Shown here: positions 20,383 through 30,780 of the stretch, piece after piece
Layout: the number at the start of each line of letters is the position of its first letter
Position numbering within the stretch: position 1 is the first letter of the stretch
Assembly (NCBI GenBank): GCA_018830125.1
Contig: JAHJSY010000002.1
Span: 1 to 51,398, forward strand
Reading direction: 5' to 3'
Length of the DNA stretch: 51,398 nt
From: Patescibacteria group bacterium
Lineage (GTDB): Bacteria > Patescibacteriota > Minisyncoccia > Minisyncoccales > GWA2-38-27
The notes under the pieces: generated by a model
The model's input: only the letters and a program-made list of their open reading frames with translations
What the model was told of the DNA's origin: nothing
Database searches by the model: none
Position numbers and translations under genes: made by a program

Positions 20383-21345
20383 ATGAATTTAAAGCAATTA
20401 GTACAAGAGATAGCTCCTAAAAAAATGATGTCACTCATGTCTTCAACCTTAAAGCAAAAAATAGATTTTGGATTTGCTTTTAAAGAGCTTCCATCATATT
20501 CTTATTTTTCAGATTTAATGAAATTGTATCAGACAAAAGATTTAGTCAATGTTGATTCGGATTCTTTTCAAAAGAAAATAGAAAATTTTCCTATTGAGAA
20601 AGAAGTTAATAAAGATGATCCTGAAAAAACAGACGCTTTATATCCCGCTCCATTTAAATGGGGGCACAACCATGATTTTGGAACCTTTGCCGTAAAGGGA
20701 AGAATGAAAGATAGGCATCTCTGGCTTTTTTCTATGTTTGTAGATAAATTTGGCGCTCTGCCAAAATCATTGGAAGGAAAAAGGGTTTTAGACATAGGTC
20801 CATGGACTGGAGGGACGACCTTACTTCTTTGTGCAATGGGTGCCGAGGTAGTTGCGATAGAGCCCATAAAAAAATCCGTTGATTATCTAAACTATCTTAA
20901 GAATTCATTTGATATAAAAAATCTTGAAGTTAAAAATATGTCTCTATTTGAATGTGACACACCTGAATTTCAAGATTCTTTTGATTACGTATTATGCACT
21001 GGCACATTATATTATGTCACAGACATACCCTTGGGATTACGTATACTTTATAATTCTTTAAAAGATGGTGGAACTTTGCTTTTTGAATCTCTCGCAAGCA
21101 ATTCTAAGAATCCTATTTTTGCCTACCGAGTTCCTGAGCCACCAATTTTTAAGAAAACAACTTTTCCAGAAGGGGGATGGGAATGGCTTATGCCTTCTCC
21201 TTCTGCCCTGGATCAGGTATTAAAAGATGTTGGTTATGAAAATGTTCAAGTAAGCAAGGTTCTTACTCATAGAGTGCTTGCGGTAGCAAAAAGAAATCAG
21301 CATAAAAAAATGATCAGAGGCGGAATGTCAAAACCTATCCGCTAA
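20383..21345 (+). CDS. Class I SAM-dependent methyltransferase (CmoB/DUF1698-like fold)
   Basis: LEGKRVLDIGPWTGG, VVAIEP, FDYVLCTGTLYY, LKDGGTLLFES. Confidence 0.7.
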   Translation: MNLKQLVQEIAPKKMMSLMSSTLKQKIDFGFAFKELPSYSYFSDLMKLYQTKDLVNVDSDSFQKKIENFPIEKEVNKDDPEKTDALYPAPFKWGHNHDFGTFAVKGRMKDRHLWLFSMFVDKFGALPKSLEGKRVLDIGPWTGGTTLLLCAMGAEVVAIEPIKKSVDYLNYLKNSFDIKNLEVKNMSLFECDTPEFQDSFDYVLCTGTLYYVTDIPLGLRILYNSLKDGGTLLFESLASNSKNPIFAYRVPEPPIFKKTTFPEGGWEWLMPSPSALDQVLKDVGYENVQVSKVLTHRVLAVAKRNQHKKMIRGGMSKPIR

Positions 21346-21353
21346 TTTAATTT

Positions 21354-22184
21354 ATGAAAAAAAAGAATCCGAAAATATCGGTGATAATGTCTGTTTTTAA
21401 TAATGAGGAATATGTTCAAGAATCAATTGAAAGTGTTTTAAATCAAACCTTCAATGATTTTGAATTTGTTATTGTTAATGATGGTTCTACTGATAAAACG
21501 GGTGAGATTTTAACTAAATATGTTAATAATCCGAGAGTTAAGATAATAGAAAATGCAGAGAATATTGGTTTAACAAAGTCGCTTAATAGAGCGTTGAAGG
21601 TGGCTCAAGGAGAATATGTTGCCCGTCAGGATGCGGATGATGTTTCTTTACCAGAACGCTTTAAAAAACAAGTTGAATTTTTAAACGATAATCCAGAAAT
21701 TAAGGTTTTAGGAACCTTTGCTTATGGAATAAATAATAGGGGAGAAGTTTTGAAAGAATTAATAGCTCCCGTTTCTTCAGAAGCAATAAAAAAGAACCTT
21801 ATAAAGAATAATTCTTTTATCCATCCTTCGGTGATGATAAAAAAAGATATTTTAGATAAAGTGGGATTATATAATGAAGAATTTGAAACAACCCAAGATT
21901 ATGAATTATGGTTTAGAATTTTAAAAGTGGCTAAAGGAGCTAATTTACCGCTATTTTTAATTAAAAAAAGATATACTCCCGAGATGGCCTCTTTACAAAA
22001 AGAAAAAACCCAGCTAAGAAATACTCTTTTTCTTCAGAATCAAGCCATAAAAAAAGGAGATTATTCAATATTCTGTTATATTTATCTCTTAAGGCCTTAT
22101 TTCTCTTTAATATGCCCCATGCCAGTCAAAAATTTTTTAAGATATAATTTTCTAAAAAGCAAAAATGTTTTCAAAAAGATATAA
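21354..22184 (+). CDS. Glycosyltransferase family 2
   Basis: ISVIMSVFN, VNDGSTD, ARQDADD, QDYELW. Confidence 0.92.
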   Translation: MKKKNPKISVIMSVFNNEEYVQESIESVLNQTFNDFEFVIVNDGSTDKTGEILTKYVNNPRVKIIENAENIGLTKSLNRALKVAQGEYVARQDADDVSLPERFKKQVEFLNDNPEIKVLGTFAYGINNRGEVLKELIAPVSSEAIKKNLIKNNSFIHPSVMIKKDILDKVGLYNEEFETTQDYELWFRILKVAKGANLPLFLIKKRYTPEMASLQKEKTQLRNTLFLQNQAIKKGDYSIFCYIYLLRPYFSLICPMPVKNFLRYNFLKSKNVFKKI

Positions 22185-23079
22185 AATTTTAATCATAATT
22201 ATCTTATTTACGGTCTTAATCAACGGGCTTACTTTACTTTATTTAAAAAATACAGAATTTCCTTTTATAACTCTTTATTATAGGGGAACAGTAAAAGATT
22301 TTAATTATAATGAATTAAATCTTGAAATACCTCTTAGTCAAGAATTTAAAGAAAAGGTCTCTAGTGATCTAGATCCAATTCTGCAAGATAGTGAAGATGT
22401 GTTCTTTATTTCCTTTACATTGACTGATTATGTTCGTTCTCATCTTCATAGCGAAGGTAGTGAAACCAATGTTGTTCATAACGTAGACGAAATTTTAGAA
22501 AGTAGCGAAAAATATCCAGCCATTTGTTCTGGTTATTCTAAATTTTTTGCCTCGGTGGCTCAAGCCTTAGGATATCAATCTAGGGTTGTTTGGATAAATG
22601 GTCATACGATAAGTGAGATTTATTTTCCTAATTATGGATGGGTTCTAGTAGATACAATAGGAAACTTGATGTTTCAGGATAAGGATGGGGAATATGTTAG
22701 CTTGCTTTATATGGTCGAGTATTTTAATAGTGCTATTCCTAAGAAAATTATCCCCGAAGCCAATAACAACTCCACCTCTTTAGAAGAATATAGCGTTTAT
22801 AATAAAAATAATCTAATTATAGTCATTGAAGGACCTCATCTTCTTGATTTTGATATTAGAACCAAATCTCCAAAAGTTTTAGTCAATTATGTTTTTGGAA
22901 GAGAGGATGTTGCCAAGGGTATTCAATATGTGGGCATGGGCAGAGAAACAGTTGGTAATTACAGAGCTACTCTTATAGCCTTAGCCGCAATTGATTTCTT
23001 TGCTTTTATCGTCTTTATTTATTGTTTATTAAAAAGGAAGAAAAAATATGTGCGGGATAGTCGGAATTTGGAATTATAA
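22165..23079 (+). CDS. Membrane-anchored transglutaminase-like (Cys-His-Asp) protein
   Basis: AICSGYS, GHTISEIY, WVLVD triad pattern; N- and C-terminal TM helices. Confidence 0.65.
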   Translation: MFSKRYKILIIIILFTVLINGLTLLYLKNTEFPFITLYYRGTVKDFNYNELNLEIPLSQEFKEKVSSDLDPILQDSEDVFFISFTLTDYVRSHLHSEGSETNVVHNVDEILESSEKYPAICSGYSKFFASVAQALGYQSRVVWINGHTISEIYFPNYGWVLVDTIGNLMFQDKDGEYVSLLYMVEYFNSAIPKKIIPEANNNSTSLEEYSVYNKNNLIIVIEGPHLLDFDIRTKSPKVLVNYVFGREDVAKGIQYVGMGRETVGNYRATLIALAAIDFFAFIVFIYCLLKRKKKYVRDSRNLEL

Positions 23080-24895
23080 TAATAAAGTATCAAGAGATAC
23101 CTTGGAGAGAATGAGAAGCAAGCTTGTTCACAGGGGTTCGGATGATTCGGGTATTTTTATTGATCAAGACATTGGTTTGGCTCATCAGCGTCTTTCAATT
23201 ATTGATTTGTCCGAATCGGGTCATCAGCCAATGTTGGATAATGAATTAGCAATTGTCTTCAACGGAGAGATATATAATTTTCGAGAAATTAGAAAAGAGC
23301 TAGAAAGCAAGGGGCATAAATTCAAAAGTAATTCTGACACAGAAGTTATTTTAAAATCTTATAAAGAATGGGGGAAGAAGGGAGTTGATAAATTCAGAGG
23401 GATGTTTGCTTTTGCTATTTTTGATAAGCGAGAACAAAAAATAATTCTTTGCCGAGATAGGGCGGGAGTAAAACCACTTTATTATTATTTTGATGGCTCT
23501 TTGTTTATCTTCGCTTCAGAAATAAAGGCCATAGTTGAGCATCCAATGGTTAAAAGAGAGCTAAACTCCGACTCCTTATCTTTATTTTTACAATTTGGAT
23601 ATATTCCAGAGCCCCATTCAATTTTTAAGAATATCTATAAATTAGAACCTGGATATTTTTTAGAAATAGATAAAAATAAAAATATTAAGAAAGAAAAATA
23701 TTGGGACATTATTGATCTTTATTTAGAAGAAACTAGAAATATAGAAGAGTCAGAAGCTGTTGAAGAATTAGATAGAGTATTAACAGAGTCCTTCAAGTTG
23801 CGTCTTGTTTCTGACGTTCCGGTTGGAGTCTTTTTAAGTGGTGGAGTTGATTCATCGCTCGTGGCTTCTATTTTAGCCAAAAATACGGACCATCCTCTAA
23901 AAACATTTACAATAGGATTCGATGAAAAACAATATGACGAATCAAAGGACGCTAAAAAAATCGCTGATTATTTGGGAACAGAGCATAAGGAGCTAATTTG
24001 CACTCAAAAAGAAGCCATTGATATTATTCCCAAATTGCCTGAGATTTATGATGAACCGTTCGGAGATAGTTCGGCAATACCAACTTATTTACTTTCTCAA
24101 TTTGTTCGCAATGAAGTAAAGGTTTCTTTATCAGCTGATGGGGGAGATGAAATTTTTTGTGGATATAATCATTCTAAATTAATAAGCGAAGTTTATCATA
24201 TGGTAAATAGAACGCCGTCCTTTCTTTTAAATTCAAAGCTCGCTTCTTTGGGAGTAAAAGCATTTTCAAGGAGGTCAAATTTAGATAATAAAATTAGAAA
24301 AATAAACGAGATAACTAAAAATAAAAAAGACTTTAGGCATGTTTATACAACCATAAATAGTCATTGGTTCAAAGAAGAAGGTCTATTAAAAAGAGATGCT
24401 TCGGAAACGCATTTTAATGATTTTGATAGAGTAAAAGATTTAGACTTAATAACCCAAATGCAGGCAATTGATTTTAAAACATATTTACCGGGTGATATTT
24501 TGACAAAAGTTGATAGAGCAACCATGGCTGTCGGGTTAGAGGGAAGGGATCCTTTTTTAGATCAAAACATAATTGAGTATGCTATTTCTTTACCCTTAAA
24601 ATATAAATATCCCAATAAGCAAATATTAAAAAGTGTCTTAAATAAATATTTACCAAAAGAATTATTTAATAGGCCTAAAAAGGGGTTTGGTATTCCAATA
24701 GATGCTTGGTTTGGAGATAAGTTAATATTTCTATCAAAAGAATATTTAAATCCCGAAAAAATAAAACGCGATGGTATATTTAATAATCAAATTATTTCAA
24801 AAGAGATTAGCTCTTTTGAAAAAGGAAGGGTTAATTTTAATCGTTTGTGGTTAATTTTAATGTTTCAAATGTGGAAAGAAAAATGGTTAAAGTAG
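23048..24895 (+). CDS. asnB: Asparagine synthase-like glutamine amidotransferase (glycan amidation)
   Basis: MCGIVG, HQRLSIIDLS..GHQPM, FNGEIYN, LSGGVDSS, DGGDEIFCGY, KVDRATMA. Confidence 0.93.
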   Translation: MCGIVGIWNYNNKVSRDTLERMRSKLVHRGSDDSGIFIDQDIGLAHQRLSIIDLSESGHQPMLDNELAIVFNGEIYNFREIRKELESKGHKFKSNSDTEVILKSYKEWGKKGVDKFRGMFAFAIFDKREQKIILCRDRAGVKPLYYYFDGSLFIFASEIKAIVEHPMVKRELNSDSLSLFLQFGYIPEPHSIFKNIYKLEPGYFLEIDKNKNIKKEKYWDIIDLYLEETRNIEESEAVEELDRVLTESFKLRLVSDVPVGVFLSGGVDSSLVASILAKNTDHPLKTFTIGFDEKQYDESKDAKKIADYLGTEHKELICTQKEAIDIIPKLPEIYDEPFGDSSAIPTYLLSQFVRNEVKVSLSADGGDEIFCGYNHSKLISEVYHMVNRTPSFLLNSKLASLGVKAFSRRSNLDNKIRKINEITKNKKDFRHVYTTINSHWFKEEGLLKRDASETHFNDFDRVKDLDLITQMQAIDFKTYLPGDILTKVDRATMAVGLEGRDPFLDQNIIEYAISLPLKYKYPNKQILKSVLNKYLPKELFNRPKKGFGIPIDAWFGDKLIFLSKEYLNPEKIKRDGIFNNQIISKEISSFEKGRVNFNRLWLILMFQMWKEKWLK

Positions 24896-26715
24896 CTTTC
24901 TTAATTAATTCAATGGCCGGCGGGGGGTCAGAAAGAGTGGTCAGCATATTATTAAAAAACTTATCAAGAGAAAATAAGCAGTTTTTTCTTATTCTTTTAG
25001 AAGATAAGATTTGTTATGATATTCCTAAAGATGTAAAAATAATTAAACTTAATTCTAAGTTTTTAGGGTTCTTAAAATTAAAAAAGATTATTAAAGAAAA
25101 TAATATAGATACGGTTATTAGTTTTTTAGAAAGAAGCAATTATACAAATATTTTAGCCAAAAAGTTTGGGGCTAATCATAAGGTATATATTGGCGAGAGA
25201 TGTAACACGTTAGAATATTACTCAGATAAAAGCTTTAAGTCGCTTTCCAGCTTGTTTTTAATTAGAAAATTATACAAGAAAGCAGACTTGATAATCGTTA
25301 ATTCTTATGGTATTAAAGATATGTTGGTTAAAGGTTTTAAGCTTAATGAAAAAAAGATTAAAACAATTTATAATCCAATAGATATTGAAGAGATTTCTAA
25401 ATTATCTAAAAATCCATTAGATAATAAAGAAATATTTACGCATCCAGTGATTATAAGTGTTGGGCGACTTATAAAAGAAAAAGGACATAAGCATTTGATT
25501 AATGCTTTTAAGCAAGTTCAAGAAGTGATTCAGGAAACTAGGTTGGTCATTCTTGGAGAAGGTGAGCTAGATAAAGATTTGAAAGAGTTAGTCAAAGAAT
25601 TGAAGTTAGAAGACAAGGTGCATTTTTTTGGTTTTCAAAGAAACCCCTTTAATTTTTTGGCCAGATCAAAAATCTTTGTTTTATCTTCTCTAACAGAAGG
25701 CTTCCCCAATTCTTTAATTGAAGCAATGGCTTGTAATGTACCAGTAATTTCTACAAATTGTCCATCGGGCCCGAGTGAAATTATTCAAGATCAAGAAAGC
25801 GGAATTTTAATTCCAGTAAATGACGAAAAGATCTTAGCTAAATCAATTTTAAAGATTCTTAAAAATCAATCCCTAGCCGATAAATTATCAGTGAATGGTA
25901 GAAGAAAAGTTGAAGATTTTTCTGTAAAAAATATAATAGATCAATACGAAATAATTATTTCAAATAAGAGATTTGCAGAACATGAAGAGTGGTGGGAACA
26001 TAACATCTCAAATAGAATAGAAGAAATGAAAAGAAATTTCGGAGACGGTTATGAGAAACACAAAGAATATCCAAGGAAGCTCATTAAAGAAATGAAATAT
26101 AAATCAGTATTAGATGGTGGAGCGGGCTTGTGTGCAGAATATTATGGATTTCAAAAAGATTGCCCCAATATTATTTATACTGGCCTAGACATTACGCCAA
26201 GCTTTGTAAGGATAGGGAAAGAGAGGGGGATTAATATTTTCCAGGGTTCTATCGAAAAAATTCCCTTTCCCGACAACTCTTTTGATTGTGTTTATGTTAG
26301 AGACACAATGAGGCACTTAATGCCTTCTTGCGAGAAGGCATTAGAAGAATGTTTAAGAGTTGCCAAAAAAGAATTGATGGTTTTATTCTGTATAAAATTA
26401 AATAATACAAGTAACCATATTTTACACTACGAACATTATAATCCAGATTTAAGTTTTGGTTTATATAATAATTCTTACTCGAAAAAGAGAATCAAAGAAT
26501 TATTAAAGAAAAATCAAAATATTAAATTTTTTTACTTTGAAACAATAGACGGAAAAACATGCGGAAATACTCTTCTTAGGATTTTCAAAGAAGATGTAAA
26601 CATCTTATTGAGATGTAAATTATATATATCTTCAAGATATAGAATGCATATATGCAGGAATCCAAAAGTTTTTTATAGATTCCTTGTCAGATTAATTAAA
26701 AAATCAAAAAAATGA
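24883..26715 (+). CDS. GT4 glycosyltransferase fused to a class I methyltransferase
   Basis: GGGSERV, SLTEGFPNSLIEAMAC, then VLDGGAGLC, YTGLDI, PFPDNSFDCV. Confidence 0.8.
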   Translation: MVKVAFLINSMAGGGSERVVSILLKNLSRENKQFFLILLEDKICYDIPKDVKIIKLNSKFLGFLKLKKIIKENNIDTVISFLERSNYTNILAKKFGANHKVYIGERCNTLEYYSDKSFKSLSSLFLIRKLYKKADLIIVNSYGIKDMLVKGFKLNEKKIKTIYNPIDIEEISKLSKNPLDNKEIFTHPVIISVGRLIKEKGHKHLINAFKQVQEVIQETRLVILGEGELDKDLKELVKELKLEDKVHFFGFQRNPFNFLARSKIFVLSSLTEGFPNSLIEAMACNVPVISTNCPSGPSEIIQDQESGILIPVNDEKILAKSILKILKNQSLADKLSVNGRRKVEDFSVKNIIDQYEIIISNKRFAEHEEWWEHNISNRIEEMKRNFGDGYEKHKEYPRKLIKEMKYKSVLDGGAGLCAEYYGFQKDCPNIIYTGLDITPSFVRIGKERGINIFQGSIEKIPFPDNSFDCVYVRDTMRHLMPSCEKALEECLRVAKKELMVLFCIKLNNTSNHILHYEHYNPDLSFGLYNNSYSKKRIKELLKKNQNIKFFYFETIDGKTCGNTLLRIFKEDVNILLRCKLYISSRYRMHICRNPKVFYRFLVRLIKKSKK

Positions 26716-27458
26716 AAGCAGTAATTTTAGCCGGTGGTTTTGGAACTAGACTTTGGCCGATTACCAAGGTTACCAATAAACACTTATTACCGATTTACAA
26801 AAAACCTTTAATATATTATGCAATAGAAAAGTTAGTTGAGGTGGGAATTGATAAAATTATGATTATTATTTCCCCCCAGCATGCTAATGATTTTGTTAAT
26901 CTTTTAGGGTCAGGGCAGGATTTTATTTCTCAGAAAACTGGAAAGCAGATTCAAATTGTTTATGGTATTCAGAACGAGCCATCTGGCATTGCTCAAGGGC
27001 TATGGATCGCCAAGGATTATATTGGTGATGATAATTGTGTCTTATATCTAGGCGATAATATCTTTGAAGATAATATTATTAGCGATCAAATTAAAAATTT
27101 CAAAGAGGGGGCCTTAGTTTTTCTAAAAGAGGTTAATGATCCAAAAAGGTTTGGCGTGGCTACCATAGATGGAAATAAAGATGTTTTAGAAATAGAAGAA
27201 AAACCCATCAGTCCAAAATCCAATTTAGCTGTTACTGGTCTCTATGTTTATGACAAGACGGTTTTTTCAAAAATGGCCAATCAGCCAAAATCAGGAAGAG
27301 GAGAATACGAAATAACTTATATCAACAATCTTTATATTAAAGAGAAAAAATTAAAAGCAGTTTTGCTCCAAAAAGAATGGTTTGATGCCGGGACCTTTAG
27401 TAGTTTATTAGAAGCATCTAATTTTTATAATGAAAAAGAAAACAGAAACCAAAAATAG
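26712..27458 (+). CDS. rmlA: Glucose-1-phosphate thymidylyltransferase (short form)
   Basis: ILAGGFGTRLWPIT..NKHLLPIY, LGDNIF, EEKP..PKSNLAVTGLY, RGEYEIT, WFDAGT. Confidence 0.85.
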   Translation: MKAVILAGGFGTRLWPITKVTNKHLLPIYKKPLIYYAIEKLVEVGIDKIMIIISPQHANDFVNLLGSGQDFISQKTGKQIQIVYGIQNEPSGIAQGLWIAKDYIGDDNCVLYLGDNIFEDNIISDQIKNFKEGALVFLKEVNDPKRFGVATIDGNKDVLEIEEKPISPKSNLAVTGLYVYDKTVFSKMANQPKSGRGEYEITYINNLYIKEKKLKAVLLQKEWFDAGTFSSLLEASNFYNEKENRNQK

Positions 27459-27846
27459 TTATTTTATAGAGCTTCCTTTGATTTCAGGAGAAAATAAAGG
27501 TAATCTTTGTTTCGGAGAAGTAAAAAAACAAATACCTTTTGAAATTAAAAGATTTTTTTACATTTTTGATCTTCGTTCAGCGGAAATAAGAGGCGAGCAC
27601 GCTCACAAAAATACCGAACAGGTCCTATTTTGTCTTAAAGGGTCAGCGAAAGTTGAACTAGACGACGGAATTAATAAAGAAACAATTGTTTTAACAGAAC
27701 CAAATATCGGACTCTTTTTAGGTAAAATGCTTTGGGTAAAAATGACTGATTTTAAAAAAGATACAGTTTTACTGTCATTATGCTCAGATTTTTACAAAGA
27801 AGAAGATTATATTAGAAACTACAATGATTTTATTCAACGATTTTAA
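27430..27846 (+). CDS. fdtA: dTDP-4-keto-6-deoxyglucose 3,4-isomerase (FdtA/QdtA cupin)
   Basis: IPFEIKRFFYI, RGEHAHK, YKEEDYIRNY. Confidence 0.85.
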   Translation: MKKKTETKNSYFIELPLISGENKGNLCFGEVKKQIPFEIKRFFYIFDLRSAEIRGEHAHKNTEQVLFCLKGSAKVELDDGINKETIVLTEPNIGLFLGKMLWVKMTDFKKDTVLLSLCSDFYKEEDYIRNYNDFIQRF

Positions 27847-28885
27847 AAAAGAATACCTTAATTTAAAAATAGTCATTGATTCCGCAATTAAGGAAGTTTT
27901 AGAGTCGGGTCAATATATTTTAGGGGAAAAGGTTGAAAGGTTTGAAAAAGAATTCGCTGATTATTTGGGTGCTAAATATTGTTTTGGGGTTGGTAGCGGA
28001 CTAGAAGCTCTTGAAATTGCCTTAATGGCTTTGGGAGTAAAAAGGGGGGACGAGGTAATTACTACGGCTCATTCGGCGGTAGCTACCGCTTTAGCCATCA
28101 AAGCAGTTGGAGCGAAACCAGTTTTTGTTGATATTGATGAATATTATCATCTTGATTCAGATAAAATAGAAGAAAAAATTACTCCTCAGACCAAGGCGAT
28201 TTTGCCAGTTCATTTATATGGTCAGCCATCGGCTATTAAAAAGATAAAAGAAATTGCTCAGAAACATCATCTTTATTTAGTTGAGGATTCAGCTCAGGGA
28301 CACGGAGCAAAATATGATGGTCAGAAAGTTGGCACTTTTGGAGAATTTGGTTGCTTCAGCTTTTATCCAACTAAAAATTTAGGAGCTCTTGGTGACGGAG
28401 GAGCGATTGTTACCAATAGAGAAGATCTTTACGAAAAATGTAAAATGATTAGAAATTACGGTTTTAATAGTAGATTAGATGAAATTCAGGCCTCCATACT
28501 TTCTTCAAAGTTAAAATACTTAGATCAATTTAATCAGAAAAGAAATAAGCATGCGGAACTTTATTTTAAACTTCTAAAAAACTTAAAAGAAATTAAACTG
28601 CCAAAGACGAGAGAGAATGTTGATCATATTTATCATCTGTTTGTAATAGAAGCTGAAAAGAGAGATGAGCTAATGGAATTTCTAAAGGAAAGTGAAATAG
28701 CCACTCTTGTTCATTATCCAACTCCAATTCATCGACAAGATTATTTTCCAGAGTTTAATAATTTAAAATTCCCTGTATTAGATAGTAAGATTGATAATAT
28801 ATTATCACTACCCATTCATCCCTTTTTAAGTAACGAAGATATTATTTATATATCACAAAAAATAATTGAATTTTATGGAAACTAA
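27824..28885 (+). CDS. fdtB: DegT/DnrJ aminotransferase (FdtB/QdtB-like) with an internal in-frame deletion
   Basis: PVHLYGQ, EDSAQGHG, SFYPTKNLGALGDGG, NSRLDEIQA; follows fdtA. Confidence 0.8.
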   Translation: MILFNDFKKEYLNLKIVIDSAIKEVLESGQYILGEKVERFEKEFADYLGAKYCFGVGSGLEALEIALMALGVKRGDEVITTAHSAVATALAIKAVGAKPVFVDIDEYYHLDSDKIEEKITPQTKAILPVHLYGQPSAIKKIKEIAQKHHLYLVEDSAQGHGAKYDGQKVGTFGEFGCFSFYPTKNLGALGDGGAIVTNREDLYEKCKMIRNYGFNSRLDEIQASILSSKLKYLDQFNQKRNKHAELYFKLLKNLKEIKLPKTRENVDHIYHLFVIEAEKRDELMEFLKESEIATLVHYPTPIHRQDYFPEFNNLKFPVLDSKIDNILSLPIHPFLSNEDIIYISQKIIEFYGN

Positions 28886-29828
28886 AAAAACAATTTTAAT
28901 CACCGGGGGCGCCGGATTTATAGGTAGTAATTTTGTTAAGTATATGTTAGAAAGATATTCAGAGTTTCGGATTATTGTTTTAGACAAACTTGCTTATGCT
29001 GGCCGGTTAGAAAATTTGGAAGATGTGATCAGTCAAATCACTTTTATCAAAGGTGATGTTTGCAATAAAGAAGATATTGAAAAAATAGGAAGTTGCGATA
29101 TTATTTTTAACTTTGCTGCTGAAACGCATGTAGATAAAAGCATTTCAGATCCGGGGTTATTTTTAAAAACAGATATTTTTGGAACCTATAGCCTTTTAGA
29201 ATACGCAAAAAAGCAGAAAGTAGAGAAGTTCATTCAGATTAGCACTGACGAGGTGTACGGTAGCATTAAAGAGGGTTCTTTTAGGGAGGGCGATGGTTTA
29301 GAGCCATCTTCTCCTTATTCGGCGAGTAAGGCCAGCGCCGATTTATTGGTCGGAGCTTACCATAAAACTTACAATTTGCCAGTTCTAATAACTAGAAGCT
29401 CAAACAATTTTGGTCCCTACCAATACCCAGAAAAACTCATTCCCTTATTTATTACGAATGCTCTAGAAGATAAGCCCTTGCCGGTATATGGAGATGGATT
29501 AAATGTTAGGGATTGGCTTTATGTTTTAGATAACTGTTCTGCCATTGATTTAGTTTTTCAAAAAGGGAAGTTCGGAGAAATTTATAATATTGGAACTGGG
29601 CTAGAGAAGACAAATTTAGAAATAACAGAATTAATTTTAAAGAAATTAGAAAAACCTCAAACTTTAATTCAATTTGTTGATGATAGATTGGGGCATGACA
29701 GGAGGTATTCTTTAGAGTTTTCAAAAATAAAAGAACTTGGTTGGAAGCCAACTTATGATTTTGAAAAGGCAATAGGGGATACAATAAATTGGTATAAAAA
29801 TAATAAACAATGGTGGAAATCATTATGA
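28875..29828 (+). CDS. rmlB: dTDP-glucose 4,6-dehydratase
   Basis: TGGAGFIGSNF, AAETHVD, ISTDEVYG, PYSASKA, NNFGPYQYPEKLIP, DRLGHDRRY. Confidence 0.93.
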   Translation: METKKTILITGGAGFIGSNFVKYMLERYSEFRIIVLDKLAYAGRLENLEDVISQITFIKGDVCNKEDIEKIGSCDIIFNFAAETHVDKSISDPGLFLKTDIFGTYSLLEYAKKQKVEKFIQISTDEVYGSIKEGSFREGDGLEPSSPYSASKASADLLVGAYHKTYNLPVLITRSSNNFGPYQYPEKLIPLFITNALEDKPLPVYGDGLNVRDWLYVLDNCSAIDLVFQKGKFGEIYNIGTGLEKTNLEITELILKKLEKPQTLIQFVDDRLGHDRRYSLEFSKIKELGWKPTYDFEKAIGDTINWYKNNKQWWKSL

Positions 29829-30709
29829 ACAACATAGATGAAAAGAAAACAAATGCTCTAATATGGTACATGGGCGTAAGACCTTGCCTAAGATTAAGTT
29901 TAGAGCTTTTGTATAAGAATTTTAATAATAAATATAAATATCCAGTTTTGGTCACGACTTTTGGTAAACAATACAGTAAGAGATTCATTAAAAAAATACA
30001 TCAAGAGATAGACCCAAATATTAAATTTATAGAATTACCCAAACCAAAAGTGCCGGCTCACATTAAAGAGAAAGAATTATTTTATAATAGAAAAGAGATA
30101 GAATATGTCAGAAAGTCATTTCCGAAATCAAGGATAGGGTTTCTTTATGTCGATCAATTTGTTGCTGGACTAGCTATGCAATATCCAGAAATAAGAAAAT
30201 ATGATTATGTTTTGAAAATGGATGACGATCATTTCTTTATTAAAGAATTTGGTTTTGATATCTTTAAATTTATGGAAGATAATGGAAAGCTGTTTGGTGC
30301 TTTCGCTATGGAGAAAGCTGACTCTAAAAGACAAAGAGATTGTCAGATTGGATTGAGAGATTTGGCTAAAGAATATATTAAAGAAAATAATATCCAATTT
30401 CAAGGTGAATGGGATAGTCTGGTTAGTCAGGATCCAACAATTTGGGGAATGGACATTTTTAAAAACAAAAATTGGGAGAATTGGTGGAATTATGTTGATC
30501 AATCAGGAGGTATTTATAAATATAGATGGGGGGACTTAGAAATACATGCTCTGTATATGAGAATGTATTATCCAGATTCAGTTTGGCATGATTTTGATTA
30601 TTACAATAAAGAAGTAGTAAAACATAGTGGCTACGGAATGGTTCATTACAGTTGGACGTTAAAAAAATTACAATCTTTAAAAAGATTTCTAAACGAAGAA
30701 ATTATTTAA
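29825..30709 (+). CDS. GT15 (Kre2/Mnt1)-like alpha-1,2-mannosyltransferase
   Basis: YDYVLKMDDD..F, DIFKFM, VDQSGGIYKYRWGD motif characteristic of GT15. Confidence 0.65.
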   Translation: MNNIDEKKTNALIWYMGVRPCLRLSLELLYKNFNNKYKYPVLVTTFGKQYSKRFIKKIHQEIDPNIKFIELPKPKVPAHIKEKELFYNRKEIEYVRKSFPKSRIGFLYVDQFVAGLAMQYPEIRKYDYVLKMDDDHFFIKEFGFDIFKFMEDNGKLFGAFAMEKADSKRQRDCQIGLRDLAKEYIKENNIQFQGEWDSLVSQDPTIWGMDIFKNKNWENWWNYVDQSGGIYKYRWGDLEIHALYMRMYYPDSVWHDFDYYNKEVVKHSGYGMVHYSWTLKKLQSLKRFLNEEII

Positions 30710-30746
30710 AATAATTAAAAAGAGAGTCAATCTAATATCGTAGCTA

Positions 30747-30774
30747 TTGACAAATTCTGTGGGTTTGCTATGCT
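30747..30774 (+). promoter_or_regulatory. Promoter TTGACA-N16-TATGCT (extended -10)
   Basis: Hexamers seen directly; no long ORF before the next terminator. Confidence 0.65.
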
Positions 30775-30780
30775 GTAGGT

